Positions 1 through 6,642 of a DNA stretch of 27,097 bases are shown one piece after another; the stretch's first letter is position 1, and every line of letters starts with the position of its first letter. This DNA comes from a virus. Lineage: Duplodnaviria > Caudoviricetes. The notes beneath the pieces are model-generated. The model ran no database searches. It worked only from the letters and a program-made list of their open reading frames with translations, and had not been told where the DNA came from. Location of the stretch: the IMG/VR virus record IMGVR_UViG_3300025018_000473, positions 1 through 27,097 of that record. One strand, written 5' to 3'. A program made the position numbers and the translations under genes.

Positions 1-242
1 ATCTACCAGCTAGGCGAGCACCGCCTCATGTGCGGAGACGCGACCAACATCGAACAGGTACACGCGCTCATGGGGAAGAACCACGCCGACATGATCTTCA
101 ACGACCCACCGCTCACGCTGAAGAACGAAGGCCACGTGCTCCCTCCAAGCAAGGAGAAGAAGGAGCTCGGAGACTTCGCGGCATTCATAGACAAGAGCGA
201 CGATGGGAAGAATTCACTAATAAAAAAGCCAAGAAGCAATAA
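1..242 (+). pseudogene. Decayed or internally deleted DNA N6-adenine/N4-cytosine methyltransferase (5' truncated by the window edge)
   Basis: Frame +1 reads IYQLGEHRLMCGDAT...MIFNDPP and diverges before the catalytic Y of DPPY. The typical C-terminus RRWEEFTNKKAKKQ* lies in frame +3 (stop at 240-242). Both pieces match the intact paralog at 1832-2596 (WKLGDHILGCG...DPPY...ERWETLTG), but the FxGxG region is missing. Confidence 0.7.
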
Positions 243-252
243 CAAACGGAGC

Positions 253-711
253 ATGAATAAACTACACTATCCAACAACATACTTAGTCTGGGACCTCGAG
301 ACATCGGGGCTCGAGAAGGAGTCGTGCAAGATCCTAGAGATAGGATGTGCGACGGTCCACGACGGCCAGATCGTGGAACGCAAGAGCTGGGTGCTCAACC
401 ACGGCATAGAGATCCCTGCGAACATCACGGAGATAACCGGCATCACAAATGAGCTCATCGCCGCAGAAGGCAAGGACCCGAAGCAGGCAATGACCGAGTT
501 CCTCGACATCCTCCTATCAAACCAGGAGGGAGCGCACCTGACCCACAACGGCATACGCTTCGACATCGAGTGGTTCGCCAAGGGGGTGAAGTACAACGTC
601 GCAATCTGCTGTGAAGAGCTCGGGGTAGATAGGACCGGCATCACACAGCACCGAGCGCTCGGAGACTGCGAGCTCACCCACGAAATCTATAAGAAGCTAC
701 TAGCCATATGA
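253..711 (+). CDS. DEDDh 3'-5' exonuclease (DnaQ/Pol III epsilon-like), possibly internally shortened
   Basis: ExoI VWDLETSG, EITGIT, ExoII HNGIRFD, ExoIII HRALGDC. The ATG at 253 is preferred over the ORF-track start at 28, which belongs to the MTase remnant. The stop overlaps the next start (ATGA). Confidence 0.85.
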   Translation: MNKLHYPTTYLVWDLETSGLEKESCKILEIGCATVHDGQIVERKSWVLNHGIEIPANITEITGITNELIAAEGKDPKQAMTEFLDILLSNQEGAHLTHNGIRFDIEWFAKGVKYNVAICCEELGVDRTGITQHRALGDCELTHEIYKKLLAI

Positions 712-1835
712 AAAAGAAAGCCGAGATAAAAACAGTCGTGTCACTCTTCGACGGAATCGCATGCGCGAGGGTGGCACTTAAACTGCTCGGCCACAAGCCG
801 ACGTACTTCGCGTCGGAGATAGAATCACACGCACTCGAGCTCACGCGAAACAACTGGAAGGACGTGGTCCAGCTTGGAGACATAAAAGAGATGAAGGCAC
901 TGATGGGTGGCAAGATCGCAATCGGAAACCGAGTGGAGCGCATCGGCAAGGTGGACCTCCTTATCGGAGGGAGCCCATGCCAAGACCTCAGCGTCGCCAA
1001 GGCAAAGAGACAGGGACTGAAAGGGGCGAGGAGCGGACTCTTCTACGAGTACGCGCGTCTCCTGAAGGAGCTGAAGCCGAAGTGGTTCATCCTCGAGAAC
1101 GTCGCCAGCATGCCGAAGGAGGCACGAGAGGAGATCAGTAAGGTCCTCGGCGTGGAACCAATCATGATCAACGCCGCGCTCGTATCAGCACAGAACCGCA
1201 AGCGACTCTTCTGGACCAACATCCCGGGAGTCACACAGCCTGAAGACCGAGGCATCATGCTAGAAGACATCATCCACGAAACAAGGGGTGAAGCCTTCGA
1301 CGTGGAGAAGTACATCGTGAAGGGCAACCACCTCGAGTGGATCAAGGATCCGATACGCCTGAAGAAGAAGTACACGCAGATCAACGGCGACAAAGTCATC
1401 ACTATGATGGCGCGACAGTACGCAAACTGGAACGGCCAATACATGTGCGTGCGAATAGGGAAGATCGGGAAGGGAGGACAGGGCGAGCGCATCTACTCAG
1501 TGCAAGGGAAAGCAATCGCACTCCCAGCAAGCCCAGGCTACAGCGGCACAAAGACAGGAATATATTTGATACACAAGAAAGCAAGAGGCAAGAATAGAGG
1601 AGGACTGCAGGGAGGGAAGACCCCGACACTCACATCAAGCTCATGGGAAGACAACAACCACCTCGTCACGGGAGACTACGTGAGGAAGCTCACTCCCGTG
1701 GAGTGCGAGCGCCTGCAGTCACTGCCAGACGGATACACCGCAGGCATAAGCGACAGCCAGCGATACAAGGCACTCGGGAACGCATTCAACGTCGAAGTAG
1801 TGCGTCACATTATCAGCCACATACCAAAGCAATGA
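708..1835 (+). CDS. DNA (cytosine-5)-methyltransferase
   Basis: Motifs in canonical order: I SLFDGI, IV GGSPCQ (catalytic PC), VI ENV, VIII QNRKR, IX RKLTPVECERLQSLPD, X YKALGNAF. Confidence 0.95.
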   Translation: MKKKAEIKTVVSLFDGIACARVALKLLGHKPTYFASEIESHALELTRNNWKDVVQLGDIKEMKALMGGKIAIGNRVERIGKVDLLIGGSPCQDLSVAKAKRQGLKGARSGLFYEYARLLKELKPKWFILENVASMPKEAREEISKVLGVEPIMINAALVSAQNRKRLFWTNIPGVTQPEDRGIMLEDIIHETRGEAFDVEKYIVKGNHLEWIKDPIRLKKKYTQINGDKVITMMARQYANWNGQYMCVRIGKIGKGGQGERIYSVQGKAIALPASPGYSGTKTGIYLIHKKARGKNRGGLQGGKTPTLTSSSWEDNNHLVTGDYVRKLTPVECERLQSLPDGYTAGISDSQRYKALGNAFNVEVVRHIISHIPKQ

Positions 1836-2596
1836 ACAAGAAAAACGTACAACCAGGTGAGACATGGAAACTAGGGGACCACATCCTCGGGTGCGGATCA
1901 TCCACCGACGAAGCCTTCGTGGCTGGGGTGATGAAGCACGCACCAGGAAAGGTCCGCATGATACTCACCGACCCACCCTACGGCGTGGCATACGTCGAAG
2001 GGAAGAAAGACTTCAGTAAGCTCGGCAAGGAGAACGTGAAGGTGATCATGAACGACCACCTACAGACCGAAGAGGAGTACGCACTCTTCACCCAAGGATG
2101 GCTCGACGCGGTCAAGCCATTCCTCGACACGTACAACGCCTGCTACATTTTCAATAGCGACCTGATGTTCCGGGCACTCCGCAACGGCATCGACCAAGCA
2201 GGCTTCTACTACAGCCAGATGATCATATGGGTGAAGAACAGCGTGGTGGTGGGACGCAAGGACTACCTCCCGATGCACGAAGTGGCGGCGTACTGCTGGC
2301 ACGGCCGACACAAGATGAACAGACCGAAGAGCAAAAGCGTCATCTTCCACCCGAAGCCTTCAAGCTCAAAGCTCCACCCAACGATGAAGCCGGTCGGACT
2401 CCTCCGCAAGATCATCCCGAACAACACCCGCCAAGGAGAATGGGTCTACGATCCATTCGGAGGAAGCGGAAGCACACTGATAGCGTGCGAGCACCTCGGC
2501 CGCAAGTGCGCCATGGTCGAACTGGACCCGGGATACTGCTCGACGATCATCGAAAGATGGGAGACACTCACGGGGCGAATCGCGGAAAAGATATGA
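1832..2596 (+). CDS. DNA N6-adenine/N4-cytosine methyltransferase (beta-class motif order)
   Basis: Catalytic TDPPY precedes HPTMKP and the SAM-binding DPFGGSGST. The ATG at 1832 overlaps the upstream TGA. Confidence 0.93.
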   Translation: MNKKNVQPGETWKLGDHILGCGSSTDEAFVAGVMKHAPGKVRMILTDPPYGVAYVEGKKDFSKLGKENVKVIMNDHLQTEEEYALFTQGWLDAVKPFLDTYNACYIFNSDLMFRALRNGIDQAGFYYSQMIIWVKNSVVVGRKDYLPMHEVAAYCWHGRHKMNRPKSKSVIFHPKPSSSKLHPTMKPVGLLRKIIPNNTRQGEWVYDPFGGSGSTLIACEHLGRKCAMVELDPGYCSTIIERWETLTGRIAEKI

Positions 2597-3120
2597 AGAA
2601 ACAGTTACCTCTAAAATGCAAACACTGCCAAGAGCCATTCTTCTCAAAGACGAGAAGCCTGCATCAAAAGTATTGCTCTAGAAAATGCTACGGACTAGAT
2701 ACACGTAGAGAGCACCGACCAGGAAGGTTCAAGAAGGGAACTCCATCTTGGAACAAAGGCGTAAGAGGTAGCTCGAGTCATCTCGCCGGAAGAAAGTATT
2801 CAAAAGAGACGATAGAAAAAATCAGGCAGTCAAACAAGAAAAGGTTCGCAGGGAAGGTGCTGAAGACGAGGGAGATCACACTCCTTCGAAAGCGAAAGGA
2901 GTTCAAACATTGGAGGGAGGCAGTCTACAAACGAGACCACTGGACATGCCAGGATTGCGGGGCAAAGTCCAAGAAGGGAGTGAGAGTCATCCTCCATCCG
3001 CATCACATAAAACTATTATCAACACACCCCGAGAAAGCGTACGATGTCAAGAACGGAGTCACGCTGTGCTCGAAGTGCCATCAGAAAAGGCACAAGGGAA
3101 TTAAACTAACACTCGTATGA
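2593..3120 (+). CDS. HNH homing-type endonuclease with an N-terminal Zn ribbon and NUMOD3-like repeats
   Basis: CKHC...YCSRKC; FKKGTPSWNKG and GRKYSKETIEKIRQS (NUMOD3-like); WREAVYKRDHWTCQDCG...HPHHIK...NGVTLCSKCH (HNH). Starts at the ATGA overlap at 2593. Confidence 0.88.
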   Translation: MKKQLPLKCKHCQEPFFSKTRSLHQKYCSRKCYGLDTRREHRPGRFKKGTPSWNKGVRGSSSHLAGRKYSKETIEKIRQSNKKRFAGKVLKTREITLLRKRKEFKHWREAVYKRDHWTCQDCGAKSKKGVRVILHPHHIKLLSTHPEKAYDVKNGVTLCSKCHQKRHKGIKLTLV

Positions 3121-3521
3121 TACACGCAACACCAGAATCAATCGTCGGCCAGATGATCAGGAACGGCCATCACAAGCACGGGACCCTCGAGACCCTGCCT
3201 GCAGACAGGCACTGCGAGACCTGCGGCGCAACGACCGACAGCCCGGAGGCACGGAACGTCTGCCGGGGAGCGGAGTACGTCCACGTCGAAGTCCTCAACC
3301 GCGAGATCAAGATGGTGGTCGACAACTTCGGCCAGGTGAAGAGCGGGAGGAAACTCTCGAAGAAGGTAGCCAAGCTCTACTCCAAAGAGATGCGGAAGGT
3401 GACAGAGGAGAAGGCGAGCGCTCTTTATAAGAGCTTCGAGGAGCACATCAAACCTCGGCCGACATGGATGCCGGAGAGACTGTGGCGCTGGGTCGGCTCT
3501 AAATTCATCGAAGGACTATGA
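3117..3521 (+). CDS. Hypothetical phage protein (CxxC motif)
   Basis: 134-aa ORF coupled by ATGA overlaps on both sides, with phage-typical codon usage. Confidence 0.75.
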   Translation: MIHATPESIVGQMIRNGHHKHGTLETLPADRHCETCGATTDSPEARNVCRGAEYVHVEVLNREIKMVVDNFGQVKSGRKLSKKVAKLYSKEMRKVTEEKASALYKSFEEHIKPRPTWMPERLWRWVGSKFIEGL

Positions 3522-3793
3522 AACAACCAACACCAGAAGAGATCGTAGCGAAGATGATCGCGCTCCATCATGAGCTCGGCAACTTCCAATACTACCTAGC
3601 GAGACAGAGCACACCGCCAAAGTGGGAGGGAAAGGAATACAACGCATGCAGTACCGTACTTGAGGCACTCGAGCGGGAAACAAAGCGCATGCAACTGGTG
3701 GTAAAGGATCGAAACCTTGACAGCCTCGTGTTAGAATCTCTGAAGAACGCAGGCTTCAAACCAGACGAACCGCCAGCAACTGATAGCAAATGA
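3518..3793 (+). CDS. Hypothetical phage protein
   Basis: 91-aa ORF, ATGA-coupled to the upstream gene. Confidence 0.7.
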   Translation: MKQPTPEEIVAKMIALHHELGNFQYYLARQSTPPKWEGKEYNACSTVLEALERETKRMQLVVKDRNLDSLVLESLKNAGFKPDEPPATDSK

Positions 3794-3913
3794 CAGGTGC
3801 GGGCAGAGAAGAGAACGGAGACTCTTCCCTGCCCACAAAGCAGGCGCTATGCATAACGATTTTGTGGGAAGAGAAATCCCACGGCGGTGAGAGAGGCACC
3901 CACCTCTCTCATT

Positions 3914-4023
3914 GGCTCAGAAGCTCAAGGGACGAGCACCCTGTCCCGACTGTTCTGAAGGAGAGATCCTGCAGGAGTCGGGGGTCAGGGAGGAACGAGG
4001 TTCGAGTCCTCGCTGGACCACCA
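3914..4023 (+). ncRNA. tRNA-like RNA with the anticodon loop replaced by an extended hairpin
   Basis: Acceptor GGCTCAG (3914-20)/CTGGACC (4013-19; one C-A mismatch, one wobble); D arm GCTC-AAGGGAC-GAGC; anticodon stem CCCTG (3939-43)/CAGGG (3986-90); variable region AGGAA; T arm CGAGG-TTCGAGT-CCTCG; discriminator A followed by CCA (4021-23). Confidence 0.7.
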
Positions 4024-4205
4024 TGGCGAAACCAAGACCAAAGACACTCTACGCGATCGTGAAGGCGAGCAGGCCCACCATCACCCACCTAGAACTCTAC
4101 GCAGACACAGACGTGAAGGTGGAGAAAGGAGAGGAGATGTGGCAGGTCGAGGTCCGCGTAATCAAAGTGCACAACCAACGTGCAAAGAAAAAGCGGAAGA
4201 GGTAG
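4023..4205 (+). CDS. Small basic hypothetical protein (60 aa)
   Basis: MAKPRPKTLYAIVK...RAKKKRKR, with phage-typical codons. Its ATG shares the terminal A of the tRNA-like CCA. Confidence 0.6.
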   Translation: MAKPRPKTLYAIVKASRPTITHLELYADTDVKVEKGEEMWQVEVRVIKVHNQRAKKKRKR

Positions 4206-4293
4206 AATAATGGAGGAGAGCTCCCCATCCACATCGAGACACACACACCGCCAATACGGCAACCCGAGCTCGCATCGATGCGGACTCTCCACC

Positions 4294-4327
4294 AGCCCCT
4301 TGCAGAAATGCACGGGGCTCTCTTCTT
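4294..4327 (+). terminator. Probable intrinsic terminator
   Basis: Hairpin AGCCCC-T-TGCA-GAAA-TGCA-C-GGGGCT followed by the pyrimidine tail CTCTTCTT. Confidence 0.55.
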
Positions 4328-4351
4328 GACAAAAGAAAACGGTGCTATACT
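4326..4351 (+). promoter_or_regulatory. Putative sigma70-type promoter for the terminase operon (probably leaderless)
   Basis: TTGACA at 4326-31 and extended -10 TGcTATACT at 4343-51. The spacer is only 14 nt, so the extended -10 is the stronger evidence. The ATG follows 6 nt later. Confidence 0.5.
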
Positions 4352-4357
4352 AAACTC

Positions 4358-4930
4358 ATGAAAGGGATAACTGAGAGCAAAGCTCCGGCCCCGTCGAAAT
4401 CTCCTAAGCCGGAGAAGCACGGAGCTGGACCTAAAACAGAGAAGCAGAGACTGCAGGAACGACTCGCAAAAGCGGGTGTCATTGGCGTTGAGAAGATGAC
4501 GCTGAAGCAACTCTACAGTGAATCACAGCGGATCAAAAATGAGGGTGGGAACGTGCCAGATTTACGAGAAGGGAACGGTGCAACACTATCACTCAACAAG
4601 GACCCAGAGGTGAAGCAGATCAAGCAGGAGCTCCTGATGGAGATCGTCGACGTCCAAATACACGACAAGTCGACTGGCGAAATAAAGAGTGAGAAGAAGA
4701 AGACCATGGTGGCAATCCTAACTAGCCTACGAGCAGACGCACTGTCGAGAAAGAATAAACCAGGCGAGAGAACACAGGCCGCGAAGGAGTTCTTTGACAG
4801 GACATTAGGAAAGGCTACGCAGGAGATAGAGCACTCTGGCGAAATAAAGGTCGACGAACAGAGGCTACCAACCAAGGCAGAAAAAGCGGCGGCCGCCGCG
4901 TACCTAAAAGCGCTAGACGACGATGAATAG
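4358..4930 (+). CDS. terS: Putative terminase small subunit
   Basis: Lies immediately upstream of and overlaps TerL. The C-terminal AAKEFFDRTLGKATQEIEHSGEI resembles TerS oligomerisation tails. Confidence 0.7.
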   Translation: MKGITESKAPAPSKSPKPEKHGAGPKTEKQRLQERLAKAGVIGVEKMTLKQLYSESQRIKNEGGNVPDLREGNGATLSLNKDPEVKQIKQELLMEIVDVQIHDKSTGEIKSEKKKTMVAILTSLRADALSRKNKPGERTQAAKEFFDRTLGKATQEIEHSGEIKVDEQRLPTKAEKAAAAAYLKALDDDE

Positions 4931-6566
4931 CATGGACCCCGTAGAGGTAGCAATACGCGCCAGCACACGGGCATGGATCAGGGCCAAGGGCATCGTGAAC
5001 GAAAAGGGAAAGCCGGTAGACGTGGGCAAGAACAGCCCGCACTTCTTCCTCAACGAACTCTACGACCTACCAGCCGATGAGAAGGGCCAAGAGGTGGCAA
5101 TACAGAAACCGTCACAAGCGGGTGTTTCAACGTGGGCAATCCTCTCGGAGATACATGACAGCCGATACTACGGCATCAACCAGATACATACGCTCCCGAC
5201 CATAGACGCCGTGAACAAGTTCGTGCCATCGAAAGTGAACGAGATGATCAAGCGCAACCCCGCAATCAAAATGCTCGTGAAGGACAAGGAGGTGGAGAGC
5301 GTGAGCCAGAAGCAATTCGGCAAAGGCTTCCTCTACTTCAAGGGAACTAAGTCAGAGAGCGAATCGCTCATGCTCACATCGGACCGTAATACATATGACG
5401 AGCTCGACAAGTCCGAGATGCAGTCAATCGGAATATACGACTCGCGACAGGAAGGCTGGGACTCGCTCAGGCAGAAGCGGTACATCTCAACCCCGACGGT
5501 CCCGAACTACGGCATCAACAAAGTGGTCCTCGAAAGCGACCAGAGGCACTGGCGCTTCAACTGCGGACACTGCAAGAAGGAGCAACACATGGAGTGGCCA
5601 GCAAACGTATCGCTCGAGCGCAAGGTATACGTCTGTAGTACATGCGGAGGCGACCTGAAGAACGCGTGGATACGACCGAAGAGCAAGCAGAACCCAGAAG
5701 GCACCGGACGCTGGAAGGCGAAGTACCCAGGACGGAAGCGACGAGGCTACCTCATGACCCAGATGATCATCCCGTGGATCAGCTGTGCATCGCTCGTCGA
5801 CTACTACAACGACGCGCAGGCAGGCAAGAACGAGGCGACGATGGACTATTTTTATAATCACAAGCTAGGGCTTCCATATGTCTCAAGCGAGAGCCGAATC
5901 AGCAAGGACATCATCCTCCGCAACCTCACCAACCGAGATCACATCGAACTCAACTCATGTATGGGCGTGGACGTACAGGAGCGCGAGCTCTACCTGCAGA
6001 TAGGAACCGAGGAGGGCATCTTCGTCATCGCACGCGTGCGAGACAGCGAGGAATACATCGAGAGCCACGGCAAGCACGGCAAGGGCAAGTGGGACCGCTG
6101 GGCAGAGCTCATGGAGGCGTACGACGTGCGCTACTGCGTCATCGACGGTGGATACAAGCCACAGGACTCGATAGACGCGGCCAAGCGATTCCCGGGCAGA
6201 GTGTGGGTGAACTGGTACAAGGACGACCCGAAGAAAGCGAAGGTGATACGCTTCGCCGACGACGACTTCACCGGAGAGCAGAAGGACTTCGAGGAGGAGA
6301 TCCGCATACTCACCGAACGAGACCGCATCATCGACCTACTCCTCGAGGACCTGAAGCACGGACGCATACGCTTCTTCTACGGTCCGCACGACGAGGCAAT
6401 CAAGATGCTCATCGAACACGTGGAAACAACCTACGCGAGAACGGTAACCGACAGACTCGGCATCGCATCACGCGAATGGGTATCAACAGGAAAGGACGAC
6501 CTCCTGCACGCGCTCATCTACTTCAAGATCGCACTCGAAAGGAAGGCGAGAACCGAGTCCGCATAG
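4923..6566 (+). CDS. terL: Terminase large subunit (lambda GpA-like family)
   Basis: Walker A-like QKPSQAGVST, Walker B YDELD, coupling motif ISTPT, SDQR followed by a CGHC/CSTC Zn ribbon, nuclease motifs GVDVQ, VIDGG and DDLLHA. Confidence 0.92.
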   Translation: MNSMDPVEVAIRASTRAWIRAKGIVNEKGKPVDVGKNSPHFFLNELYDLPADEKGQEVAIQKPSQAGVSTWAILSEIHDSRYYGINQIHTLPTIDAVNKFVPSKVNEMIKRNPAIKMLVKDKEVESVSQKQFGKGFLYFKGTKSESESLMLTSDRNTYDELDKSEMQSIGIYDSRQEGWDSLRQKRYISTPTVPNYGINKVVLESDQRHWRFNCGHCKKEQHMEWPANVSLERKVYVCSTCGGDLKNAWIRPKSKQNPEGTGRWKAKYPGRKRRGYLMTQMIIPWISCASLVDYYNDAQAGKNEATMDYFYNHKLGLPYVSSESRISKDIILRNLTNRDHIELNSCMGVDVQERELYLQIGTEEGIFVIARVRDSEEYIESHGKHGKGKWDRWAELMEAYDVRYCVIDGGYKPQDSIDAAKRFPGRVWVNWYKDDPKKAKVIRFADDDFTGEQKDFEEEIRILTERDRIIDLLLEDLKHGRIRFFYGPHDEAIKMLIEHVETTYARTVTDRLGIASREWVSTGKDDLLHALIYFKIALERKARTESA

Positions 6567-6642
6567 AGCTGGGGATATACACAGACTTGACATCTATGCA
6601 AGCGCAACGGAAAGCGTTATAATTAACTCAACATAAAAACCT

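Noticed and set aside
28-711. 227-aa MTase-exonuclease fusion in the ORF track
   Set aside because: The MTase part lacks its catalytic Y and SAM motif, its true C-terminus is in another frame, and the exonuclease has its own ATG at 253.
3790-4062. 90-aa ORF, and the 3912 upstream extension of the 4023 gene
   Set aside because: They overlap the hairpin cluster and tRNA-like fold, have atypical composition, and show no motif.
4210-4329. 39-codon ORF upstream of terS
   Set aside because: It runs through hairpins and the terminator and has no coding-like features.
6587-6623. TTGACA...TATAAT promoter before the portal gene
   Set aside because: The hexamers are about 25 nt apart, too far to act as a pair. 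The -10 alone may function but support is weak.
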